Origin: an uncultured Verrucomicrobiae bacterium
GTDB lineage: Bacteria > Verrucomicrobiota > Verrucomicrobiia > Chthoniobacterales > UBA10450
Length of the DNA stretch: 64,000 nucleotides
Direction of reading: 5' to 3'
Assembly (NCBI GenBank): GCA_963726745.1
Contig: CAVSDR010000005.1
Span: forward strand, 155,286 to 219,285
The position numbers and the translations under genes are program-made. Each line of letters starts with the position of its first letter. Within the stretch, counting starts at the first letter, position 1. The notes beneath the pieces are model-generated. The model had not been told where the DNA came from. It did not search any database and worked only from the letters and a program-made list of their open reading frames with translations. Of the stretch, positions 1 through 12,150 are shown piece after piece.

Positions 1-257
1 TCAACGATCTGCGCCTGATCGACAGCGCGGTCGACCAGTATGCGATCGAAACCAACAAGACCTCGGGCGCGACCGTGCTCGTGGCCGATTGGACCAACTA
101 CCTGAAGAAAGGGACCAACCTCTACGTGACCGGGGCGGACCTCTTCGGCAACACCTACGGCAACCAGGCCGTCGACAAACTCCCGAGCGTGCCCACGGCG
201 ACCAAGACCGCCCTCTCGGACGTGACCGACAACACCTTCTGGTCTCCGTACAACTAA
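1..257 (+). CDS. Type IV pilin-like protein, copy 1 (5' end outside window)
   Basis: Open frame from position 3 (NDLRLIDSAVDQYAIETNK...FWSPYN) is near-identical at DNA level to the pilin at 2437-2836, which has a GFTLVE prepilin motif. Confidence 0.9.
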   Translation, partial: NDLRLIDSAVDQYAIETNKTSGATVLVADWTNYLKKGTNLYVTGADLFGNTYGNQAVDKLPSVPTATKTALSDVTDNTFWSPYN

Positions 258-269
258 GCTAAGACCCTT

Positions 270-317
270 CACCCACCTGTCATCCCCGCACCCCGCGGGG
301 GTGGCAGGCAGTGAGTG
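270..317 (+). terminator. GC-rich stem-loop after pilin copy 1 (terminator or mRNA-stabilising hairpin)
   Basis: CCTGTCATCCCCGC / GCGGGGGTGGCAGG 14-bp stem with G-U pairs; no U-tract; lies between convergent genes. Confidence 0.6.
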
Positions 318-323
318 GTTAAG

Positions 324-2249
324 CTAACGAGTTATCCGCATGCGACCGAGTGGAAGCGGCGGAGCCAGTAACGGAATCTCCGCCCCGGTCTTGGGCTGCC
401 AGGTGGCACGCGACCGGTCCATGAAAAGAAGCTCGCCCTCAAATTCGCCGGGAGCGAGATCGGCTGGCGGATTAACCAACCATTTCTCTACATAAAGGCC
501 TTCGCCCGCTTCCGGCGCGGCGAGTCCGCGCTGCAGGATGAAAGGCGGTCCGCCATTGCCTGGTCTTAGGCGAAGCACCATCCATGGGAAGACTTCCCGT
601 TCCACACCGAATTGCCAGGTTAAGGTTAACTCGAGTGCTTCCCGTGATGAGAAATTAGCCGACGATTTCTCAATTTTGAGGAGCTTCGTTCCCGCGCCCA
701 TTTCGATTACCGAGACGGCATTCTCCAGCGCGGGCGCGGCGCGCTTTTCCACCCGTCGCAGAAGCGTTAGCTCGTTCTGCGAGACGGATTCCCATTGCGC
801 TTTGACCAGGAAATCGTGGAGCAATTCCTCGCTCGAGGGGAACGCTTCGCCGCGGGCTGTGCGCATGCGCGGATGGAAGTAACCCGACCCCGGATCGAAG
901 GTCGCCTGGTCGCCGTAATCCAGGAGCACGTAATCGGTCGGCGGCGGTGGCTGGAAACGTTCACGGCTAAGGGTGCGCAGGCCTTTGAGAATGTAATGGA
1001 GCGAGTGCAGTCGCTCGCGCAGCGCCAAGTGAGTGAGGTAGGGAAGCGGCGCGACCACGCTCGCTTCCGCCGGGATCGCGCGCAGGAATTCCTCCTTCCG
1101 TAATCGATCCGCTCGGCCACCCGACCATTCCTGCGCCGTGCGCAGCATGCCCGCGGCCGGGCCGATCCAAAGTTGCCCAATGAGACAGGCGGCGAGAATT
1201 GCCGGCGGCAGCCAGCGTTGGCCCCGGCGAAAACCAGCCACCGCTTCGACCGTGGCCAGCCAACAAAGCGGCAAGAGCGGCGCGGCGTAATGAAAGAAAA
1301 CCGTCCACTCCGACGAGCGCCAGGAAAGCAAGTGCTGCAGCAAAACAGGCAGCGCGATCAACAGCCAATGTGGCCGCAAGAGTGGCAGCGCCAGGAATGG
1401 GAGCAGCAGGGCCCAGAGCAAATTGCCGTGAGCTAACGAGTGGCCGAGCGCGCCCAGGGCGAGCTGAGGTTGCAGGATAAAATTGCGCAGGATCTCGCCG
1501 CCGGATGCACCCAAGCGATCGTAGAGTGCGAGGTAATCGATGTTCCCGGAGTTCAACGCCGGCGTGATCACCTTGCTGGAAAAAATAAACCAACCGAGCG
1601 CGCCCAGCATCGGCCAGGCATACCAGCGCAGCAGCTCGCGCCCTCCGCGTCGGCGCTCCCGCCAGGCCTCGACCACACAAAAAGCCGCCAATAACAGCGC
1701 CATGTTTTCCTTGCAGGCGAGCACCGCGGCGAACCAGCACCAGTAAGCGCCTACTCGTCGGCGCAGGCGCGCGTGCCACAGGAGCAAAAGGAAGGGAGCG
1801 GTCAGCGCTTCCGGGTGAAACTCGTGCAGCGCCACGTAACCCGTGGCCGGGATAAGCAGGAGGGCCAGCGCCAGCAGGACGCTCGCCGTTTCGCCTATGC
1901 CGGACCGGCGCGCGATCCGGTAGCCGACAAGTCCCATCGAGGCGAGCCCGAGGTTTTGCAGGACCACAAAGGTCATCGGATGCGGGAAGAGGAAGAAGAT
2001 CGGCGCGATAAGCAGAACGATCGGCTCCACGTGGTTGCCGAGCAGCGGGACGTATTGCACCGAGACCTCGAGGCGTCCGTGGATCAATTGCCAGAGCGCC
2101 TGCACGTAGTAGGCCAGGTCAAAGGTGCGATAGGCGAAACCGGCCCAGCGGGCCGCGGAAGTGGCGGTCCAGGCGAGGAAGCAAAGCAGCGCCACGCCTG
2201 CCACCAGCGTCGCGCCGCGGCCGTCGTTTCGCTCGCTCTCCCCGTGCAC
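324..2249 (-). CDS. DUF2079-family polytopic membrane protein (predicted GT-C-like glycosyltransferase)
   Basis: 641 aa; FDLAYYVQALW, LGNH, EFHP, CKE and FHY motifs; many TM segments and a soluble C-terminal domain. Confidence 0.75.
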   Translation of the reverse strand: MHGESERNDGRGATLVAGVALLCFLAWTATSAARWAGFAYRTFDLAYYVQALWQLIHGRLEVSVQYVPLLGNHVEPIVLLIAPIFFLFPHPMTFVVLQNLGLASMGLVGYRIARRSGIGETASVLLALALLLIPATGYVALHEFHPEALTAPFLLLLWHARLRRRVGAYWCWFAAVLACKENMALLLAAFCVVEAWRERRRGGRELLRWYAWPMLGALGWFIFSSKVITPALNSGNIDYLALYDRLGASGGEILRNFILQPQLALGALGHSLAHGNLLWALLLPFLALPLLRPHWLLIALPVLLQHLLSWRSSEWTVFFHYAAPLLPLCWLATVEAVAGFRRGQRWLPPAILAACLIGQLWIGPAAGMLRTAQEWSGGRADRLRKEEFLRAIPAEASVVAPLPYLTHLALRERLHSLHYILKGLRTLSRERFQPPPPTDYVLLDYGDQATFDPGSGYFHPRMRTARGEAFPSSEELLHDFLVKAQWESVSQNELTLLRRVEKRAAPALENAVSVIEMGAGTKLLKIEKSSANFSSREALELTLTWQFGVEREVFPWMVLRLRPGNGGPPFILQRGLAAPEAGEGLYVEKWLVNPPADLAPGEFEGELLFMDRSRATWQPKTGAEIPLLAPPLPLGRMRITR

Positions 2250-2339
2250 GCACTCCGCTTAGCCCGCGCCTGTGCCGGGCACAAGCGCCGCCGCTCGCGG
2301 ATGGCTCTTTGCAGCCTAACGAAAAATTCTTCGGAAGCG

Positions 2340-2355
2340 CGGCACCGCTCCTGCT
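2340..2355 (+). promoter_or_regulatory. Candidate sigma-54 (-24/-12) promoter of pilin copy 2
   Basis: CGGCACCGCTCCTGCT has GG-N10-GC spacing and resembles TGGCAC-N5-TTGCW; about 80 bp upstream of the ATG. Confidence 0.55.
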
Positions 2356-2436
2356 TTTAGCAAGACCTGTCAGTTCGTCCCACCCGGACGCAATCAAAAA
2401 ACCAAACCAGAGCAGTAACCAGAAAGAACCAGCAAG

Positions 2437-2836
2437 ATGTTAAACAAATTGAACAAGAATCGCGGGGGCTTCACCCTCGTGGAAATCATGATCGTGGTCG
2501 CGATTATCGCCCTCCTGGCGGCGATCGCCGTCCCCGGCTTCCTCCGTGCCCGCAAGCGCTCGCAGGCCAGCCGGATCATCAACGATCTGCGCCTGATCGA
2601 CAGCGCGGTCGACCAGTATGCGATCGAAACCAACAAGACCTCGGGCGCGACCGTGCTCGTGGCCGATTGGACCAACTACCTGAAGAAAGGGCACCAACCT
2701 CTACGTGACCGGGGCGGACCTCTTCGGCAACACCTACGGCAACCAGGCCGTCGACAAACTCCCGAGCGTGCCCACGGCGACCAAGACCGCCCTCTCGGAC
2801 GTGACCGACAACACCTTCTGGTCTCCGTATAACTAA
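2437..2836 (+). CDS. Type IV pilin-like protein, copy 2 (apparent 1-bp insertion near 2690)
   Basis: G|FTLVEIMIVVAIIALLAAIAVP class III signal peptide; removing one base at AAAGGGCACC restores the copy 1 C-terminus ending at TAA 2836. Confidence 0.9.
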
Positions 2837-2898
2837 GCCAAGACCCTTCACCCACCTGTCATCCCCGCACCCCGCGGGGGTGGCAGGCAGTGAGTGGT
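2579..2898 (+). repeat. Direct repeat copy B
   Basis: Near-identical to 1-319. Confidence 0.95.
2849..2896 (+). terminator. GC-rich stem-loop after pilin copy 2
   Basis: Identical to the hairpin at 270-317. Confidence 0.55.
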
Positions 2899-2993
2899 CA
2901 GCCTAAACCTAAACCAAAATAAAACAGCTGCTTCTCTGCCAGTGAACCTACCGGAACGCTGGTCCCGTTAACCCTACCGAAAGAACCAAACCA

Positions 2994-3398
2994 ATGCTAA
3001 ACCAACTCTCTAAGAAAAGCCGCGCGGGTTTCACCCTCGTGGAAATCATGATCGTCGTGGCGATCATCGCCCTCCTCGCCGCCATCGCCGTGCCCGGCTT
3101 CCTGCGCGCCCGCAAGCGGTCCCAGGCCAGCAAGGTAATTAACGATCTGCGCATGATTGATTCCGCGATGGACCAGTATGCCATCGAAAAAGGCAAGAAG
3201 AGCGGCGACCCGATCGCGGTGGACGACTGGATCGCCTACGTGAAGAAGGACACCCAGCTCTACGCGACCGGCGCCGATTTGTTCGGTCACTCCTACGGCG
3301 ACCAGACGGTCGACTCCCTGCCGAAAGTTCCGCAGGCGACCTATGACGCTCTTTCCGACGTGGCCGACACCTCCTTCTGGTCGCCCTTCAATCAGTAG
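2994..3398 (+). CDS. Type IV pilin-like protein, diverged paralogue 3
   Basis: G|FTLVE motif; N-terminal helix identical to copy 2, diverged head domain, ends FWSPFNQ. Confidence 0.92.
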   Translation: MLNQLSKKSRAGFTLVEIMIVVAIIALLAAIAVPGFLRARKRSQASKVINDLRMIDSAMDQYAIEKGKKSGDPIAVDDWIAYVKKDTQLYATGADLFGHSYGDQTVDSLPKVPQATYDALSDVADTSFWSPFNQ

Positions 3399-3419
3399 CC
3401 TTACTCGACTGTAACTCCG

Positions 3420-3457
3420 GGAAGCGTCCTTTCGTCATCGTGCGGAAGGACGCTTTC
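3420..3457 (+). terminator. Stem-loop after pilin 3
   Basis: GAAGCGTCCTT...AAGGACGCTTT inverted repeat. Confidence 0.55.
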
Positions 3458-3490
3458 TGCGCTTAAAAGCAGCTTCTTCGACTGGAACCC

Positions 3491-5583
3491 ATGGAAGCCA
3501 CTCTTAGCTGGAAAACTCTCCCTGCGCCCGAGTCTCTCCCGGACACGCGCGGCGCCCTTCTGCGTCATCCTTGTTTCCACGCCTTCCTTCTCTTGGTGGT
3601 CGGCTTTCTGGTTCGTCTGCCCGCGCTCCAGGGGACGCCACTCTGGGACGATGATTACCTTGTCGCGGAGAATCCTTTCATCCGCAGCCCGCTGCTTATT
3701 CCGGAAGCTTTCCGGCATTACCTTTTCCCGGATGGCTTCGGCTCGCATTACCGTCCGGTGCAAAACGTTTCCTTTGCGCTCGACTATTGGTTCTGGAACA
3801 CCGACGCCTACGGCTTTCACCTGACCAATGTCCTGCTGCACCTAACGAGTGCAGTCTTTCTCTACCTGCTCCTGCGGCGTTTGCTTCCGGGCTTGGTCGG
3901 CCGCACTCACGGCGCCATGGTGGCTTTTGCGGTCGCGTTCCTTTGGGTGCTGCATCCGGTGCATAGCGCAGCGATCGATTACATCTCCGGGCGGGCGGAT
4001 AGCCTGGCCTTTGCCTTCGCCAGCGGCGGCTGGCTGCTTTTCTTGCGGGCCGAGCAGGGCGCGGGGAGGCGCAAGGTTGCCGGCTATCTAGGCGCGGCCC
4101 TCTGCGGTTTGCTGGCGCTGGCCTCGCGCGAGAGCGCGCTCGTCTGGCTGGGAATTTTCCTCCTGCACACCTTCGCTTTTCGCGCCGGTCTTTCCTGGAA
4201 ATGGAAAGCCACCTGCCTCGCCGCCTGCCTCGCGCTCGTGGCCGGTTACGCCGGCTTGCGCAGCCTCCCACAACGCCAGTCCGGCCCGCCCAAGTCCGAG
4301 CCCACGAGCGCGCCCGTGCGCGCCGTGCTTATGCTCCGCGCGCTGGGCGATTACGGGCGGCTGATGCTTTGCCCGACCACGCTCTACATGGAGCGGAGCG
4401 TGCTCGACCCGGAGAATTACCTCAACACCCCGAGCTGGAGGAAGTCGGTCAAGACGGAATACCTCTCGTTAAGCGGAGCGCTCCTCCTGGCGGCTTTCGC
4501 GTTCGGTTGTGCCCGTCGCGGCGCCGGGCGCCAGCTGCGGGTCTTCGGCAGCGCCTGGTTTTTTGCCGGCTACCTGCCGGTTTCCAATTTGCTCGACTTG
4601 AACGCCAACGTCGCCGAGCACTGGCTTTACCTCCCGAGCGTCGGCTTTCTCCTCGTCCTCGCCGGCTGGGTTCTGGAGTTCTCTCCGCGTGGTCAGCGGG
4701 TCGCGGTCGTGGTTGCCTTGCTCGCCGCTGGCGGGTTGGGCGGGCGCGCCTATGTCCGCAGCACCGATTGGGTCAGCCCAAAGATATTCTACCAGCGCAC
4801 CATGACTGCCGGCGGCTCCAGCACTCGCGTGGCCGCGAACCTCGGCCTGATCTACCTGAATGAGGGCGAGTACGTAAAAGCCGAATCCATCTTTCGCCGC
4901 ATCCTTCAGCTCACGCCGGATTACCCAACCGCGCGAAACAATCTTGCCGAGGCGCTCTATCGCCAGGGGAAGCATGCGGAAGGCGAGGCGATGTTCACCA
5001 ACTCCAAGGTCGCCGCGCAGGAGACGCGGAAGGAATATCCACGCACCTGGGTGGCTGCGCTCAACCTGGCGCACATCCGGCATAATGCGCACGACGACGC
5101 CGCCGCGATCGTGCTCCTGGAGCAGGCGCGGAAGGATTACCCGAACGTCTGGCAGATCATTCGCTTCGAATCAGAAGTCCTCCGCCAAACCGAGGGACCG
5201 GCTGCGGCCGCGGAGTTGGTCTCTGCGTTTGCGGTCGGAACATTGGTGGCACTACGGCGCCACGATCGCGCTCGGGCAATTGCTCGCGGAAAAAGGCGAC
5301 GCCGAGGCTGCGGTCGCGCAATTGCGTTTTGCCAGCTGGCTCGATGTGCATGACGCCGAGGCCCTGCGCCTGATCGCGGGCGTGCGCCAGCGGCAGGGCC
5401 TGCTCGAGGAGGCGCGAATCGCGCAGGCGCGCGCTATTCGGCGTCAGCCCGATCAGCCAACGCTTTACCGCTCGTTAGCCGACATTCTCACGCTGCTGGG
5501 CCGGCGCGAGGAGGCGCGGGCGCGCGCTCGCGCAAATGTCCGCGCTCGAAGCGTTGGCTAAGACCAGCATCGCCGCGAATTGA
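3491..5583 (+). CDS. TMTC-like membrane glycosyltransferase (GT-C) with C-terminal TPRs; frameshifts near 5232 and probably 5530
   Basis: WDD, YRP, FHLTNVLLH, HPVHS..I..ISGRADSL and AEHWLYLPS motifs followed by TPRs; the C-terminus continues in another frame. Confidence 0.8.
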
Positions 5584-5626
5584 TCCGCGTTTCTGCGCGC
5601 GGCCGCTCGTGCTAGCGTCCGCCGGC

Positions 5627-6553
5627 ATGCAAATCATCGTCCTGGGCGCCGGCGCCATCGGCAGTCTCCTTGGCGCCAAGCTCGCGGAGGCCAACGAGGT
5701 CACGCTCATTGGCCGCCCTGAGCACGTGCGCGCGATTCAGGCCGAAGGCCTGCGCGTGACGGGCCGCGAGGAACGCGTGGTGCGGGTGCGCGCCGCGACC
5801 GCGGTCGAGCGGGTGGAGCCCGACACCTGCATCCTCCTGACCACCAAAGTGCCGGCTAATCGCGCGGTGCTTGCGCCGCTGGCGCCGTTACTGCGCGCGG
5901 ATACCACCGTCATCGCGCTGCAAAATGGACTCGCGAGCGAAGAGGAAGCGCGCGCGGTTCTGCCGGCGGAGGTCGTTGTTTTACGCGGGCTCACGCAACT
6001 CGGCGCGATCTTCGAGGCGCCCGGCAGCGTGCGTTACATGGTCGCCGGCGAGACTCTCCTGCAGGCTCATCCGCGCAGCGAAAGCGTGGCCGTGCTTTTC
6101 CGCGCCGCCGGCCTGCCCTGCCGCACCGTGCCCGACATTCGCCGCGACGTCTGGCGCAAGCTCATCTTCAACTGCGTGGTCAATCCCATCACCGCCCTGC
6201 TCGGCGCGGAGGTGGGGACGATCGCCGATGAAGGCCTCGACCCACTCAAGCGCCTCGTGCTCGCGGAATGCCTCGCGGTGGCCGCGGCCGAGGGCGTGCA
6301 CTTCGAGGAGGATTTCCTCGGCGAACTCAACGCCCTCTACGCGCCCTCGCGCAACGTCGTCTCGATGCTGCAGGATCTCCGGCGCGGACGCTCGACGGAA
6401 ATCGAGCACCTCAACGGCGCCGTGGTTTCGTTAGGCAAAAAACACCGCCTCGCCTGCCCGGTGAACACCGCGCTCGCGGCGATCGTCCGCGAGCTCGAGC
6501 GCGCGGCCGCGCCTACTCTTCCCAGAGAAAGTGCTCCAGCCGCAGACGACTGA
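5627..6553 (+). CDS. panE: Ketopantoate reductase family protein
   Basis: GAGAIG Rossmann motif, LQNG, WRKLIFN, SMLQD, TEIEHLNG. Confidence 0.88.
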   Translation: MQIIVLGAGAIGSLLGAKLAEANEVTLIGRPEHVRAIQAEGLRVTGREERVVRVRAATAVERVEPDTCILLTTKVPANRAVLAPLAPLLRADTTVIALQNGLASEEEARAVLPAEVVVLRGLTQLGAIFEAPGSVRYMVAGETLLQAHPRSESVAVLFRAAGLPCRTVPDIRRDVWRKLIFNCVVNPITALLGAEVGTIADEGLDPLKRLVLAECLAVAAAEGVHFEEDFLGELNALYAPSRNVVSMLQDLRRGRSTEIEHLNGAVVSLGKKHRLACPVNTALAAIVRELERAAAPTLPRESAPAADD

Positions 6554-8919
6554 GGCGTCCTTTCGCTTCCTCGCTCCGGGCGCCGCCGGCAAAGGCAAGC
6601 TTTTCGTAGATCGCGGCCGCGGGTTGCCACTGGTTTTGCTCCTCGAGCAGACGCGCCGCATTGAATCCGGCCTTGTAGAACCAGAAGAACTCCCGCCGCC
6701 GATCAGGCCGGCCGCCGTCGTCGAGCACTTCGTAGAACGCCGCCAGCGCTTCCTCCGGTTTTTCGAGCCGCTCAAGGCACATTCCTTTCTTGAAAAGCGC
6801 CTGGTTTTTCCAATGCGCGGGGACGCCAGATTCGTTTGCCAGCTGATTGTAGGCCTCGATCGCGCGCGTGTAATTCTCCGGCGCATTCGCGCCCAAATCG
6901 TAGAGCACATCACCCTGGCCGCAGCGCGCTTCGCGCTTCTCCGGCGCAGCCGCGTCGCCCTTCAAGACTTCCTCATAAAGCGTGAGCGCGTCCTGCGGTT
7001 TGCCCAGTTTCCGCTCGATCACCGCCTGCTCGTTGCGCGCGGCCCATTTCCATTCGCCGCCCGCTTTCACCACTTCGTCGAAGAGCTCGAGGGCCCGCTC
7101 GAGTGCGCCGGGATTCATGCTTTGCATGGCCGCTTCCGCGGCGAAAAAGAGCGCTTTCCGCGCGAGCGGCGCGGCGGGGTCGATCTGGGCGAGGATCTCG
7201 AATTGCGTCTGCGCGTTCGCGAAATCCTGCCGGCGATAATGCAGCTCTGCCAGCTTTAGCCGCACCTCCGGGAGGAGCGCGCTCTGGGGATATTTGGCAA
7301 CAAATTCATTCGCCCGCGCGATCGCCTTGGTTTCGTTAGGCGCGGCCTCGTCCAGCCAGATGCGCAAGTAGTCAGCGCGCTCGCTCGCGGCCGGGTCGGC
7401 CGGCGCCTCCGCGGCGCGGGCGAGGAATTGGCCAGCCTCTTCCAGCCGTGGCGGCGCGGCGTGGAACGCCATTTCCGCGAGCGCCACGAAAGCCTCGGCG
7501 GCGCGCGGATGTTTCGGGGAGGTGCGGGTGAACTGAACCAGCGCCTCGGGCTCGCCGCGCCGGGCCTTGAGCAACGCATCCTCCAGCGCGAGATCCGTGG
7601 CCGCGCCGCGGTCGGCCAGCGCCTGGGCCGCAGTCGCCGCTTCCGGCGCTTTCTCCGCTTCCATCCAGGCGAGCGAAGCGTTAAAGCGCGCGGCCGGCTG
7701 CTCCACGCGCAGGAAAGTTTCCGCCGCGTGCACGTAGTTTCCCCCTGCGAATTCCGCGCGCGCGATCGCAAAGTCGACCCGTTCCCGCGCTGCTCCGCTC
7801 ACCGGCAACGCGCGCGCCTTTTCCAGGATGGCGCGCGCTTCTTCCGTCTGTCCGTCCTGCAATTTCAGCTGTGCAAATTCGATGAAAGCGTCGGCTAAAT
7901 CCGGCAGCGGCGGATGCTCCGCGCGCAGTTGCGCGAAGGCGGCGAGCGCGGCCTCGCGATGGCCCAGGCGAAGTTCGGCGCGCGCGAGATACCATTGCGC
8001 GAGCGCGCGGCGCGGCTGCGCTGGCTCGCGGCTCCAGCGCCCGAGATCGTGGCGCGCCTGCCGCCGCTCCGCCGCGTAGAGTTGGTCGAGCTTCGCGAAG
8101 AGCGCGGGCAGGGCTTCGTCGCCCGGATAATGCTCGATGTAATTCTCCAGGAAATCATCGCCGTTCTCCGGCGTGCCCAGGCGGAGGTGCGCATCCGCGA
8201 GCGCAAAAAGCGTGGCCTGCAGGACGGCGTGACGGGCCCCGCGCGGGCGCCGCAAAATCGAGGCATACATGTTGAGCGCGCGCTGCGGGCGATTCGTCGC
8301 CCAGGCGATGCGGCCGCCGAGGAGACGGCGCTCGCGACGCTCGCTGTCGCTCTTCGCATTCACGGAATCGAGCAGGCGTTGCGCGGCGCCGACTTCGTTT
8401 TTGCGCGAGCAAAATTTCCGTGGCCGCGAAGCGCGCGCGCACGCTCCAACGCGGTTCGCGGGCGAGGCGGGTGAGCAACTCGAGCGCTTCATCCGAGCGG
8501 CCGAGCGCGCGCAACGCTTCCGCCTGGCCCATGAGCGCATCGCTTCGCCAAGGGAGGATCACTTCGGTGGCGCTGGTGGCGAAAAGCGGGAGCGCCTCGG
8601 CCCAGCGCCCGAGCGCGGCGAAAGCCTGCGCGCGATGGAAATTTTGCCTCGGCAGAAGCCTGCACCAAAGGGTCGGCTAAAACTTCCAGCGCGGCTTGCG
8701 GTTCCCCCGCGGCCACGAGGGCTTCGCCCAATTTCACGGTCGCGGCGCGGCGCTCGTCCTCGGGCAATTTCCCCGCCGCGAGGAGCGCGCGCAGACGCAC
8801 GACCGCAACCTGCGGCACGCCTTCCTGCAGCGGCTGAACCGCGCGCGCGAGTTCTCCGGGCAAGGCTTGCGCCCCGGCGGTGAGCACGAGTGCGAGCGCG
8901 AGGAAAACAGCCAGCACTT

Positions 8920-8923
<4 letters not shown>
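6513..8923 (-). CDS. Secreted tetratricopeptide-repeat protein (frameshifts around 8390-8640)
   Basis: Signal peptide MKVLAVFLALAL at 8923 overlapping the uvrA stop (ATGA); TPR-like helical repeats in the 6513-8540 ORF. Confidence 0.75.
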
Positions 8924-11805
<2,882 letters not shown>

Positions 11806-11875
11806 CGGACGACAAAGGTCGAACCGTGCAGCTAAGCAGCTACTGCTTCATTTTCCAGCCCATTTACCTTTACTC

Positions 11876-12136
11876 ATGAGCGATTCAGAGCGGACGATTT
11901 CCCAGGAAGAGCTGGTCGTGTTGCAGAAAAAATTCAGCGAGATCAAGCACTCGATCAACAACGCCCTCGCCGTCATGATGGCGCTCTCGGAGATGTCGCA
12001 GCGCCGCCCGGATTACTCGGAAAAGCTCGCGAGCACGGTGCTGACGAAGGCGCCGCAGATCGTTTCCAGCCTGCAGGAATTCACCCAGGCTTTGAACGAG
12101 AAAGCCGGCCCGAAGCCCGAAGGCATTCCGGGTTAG
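11876..12136 (+). CDS. Small protein resembling a stand-alone HisKA dimerisation/phosphoacceptor domain
   Basis: 86 aa, host-like codon use, EIKHSINNALAVM resembles an H-box. Confidence 0.6.
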   Translation: MSDSERTISQEELVVLQKKFSEIKHSINNALAVMMALSEMSQRRPDYSEKLASTVLTKAPQIVSSLQEFTQALNEKAGPKPEGIPG

Positions 12137-12150
12137 GCAGCGACTTCACT

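Larger units (their letters stand above)
1..319 (+). repeat. Direct repeat copy A (pilin 3' part plus downstream hairpin)
   Basis: Matches 2579-2898 except 2 substitutions and one 1-bp indel. Confidence 0.95.

Noticed and set aside
2680..2700. Phase variation or silencing of pilin copy 2 by frameshift
   Set aside because: A single extra base in a short AAAGGG run; similar indels break housekeeping genes across the window, so sequencing error is more likely.
1..3398. Diversity-generating retroelement, or conductive e-pilin
   Set aside because: No reverse transcriptase and no adenine-specific differences between the repeats; the pilins lack the Tyr27-type aromatic pattern.
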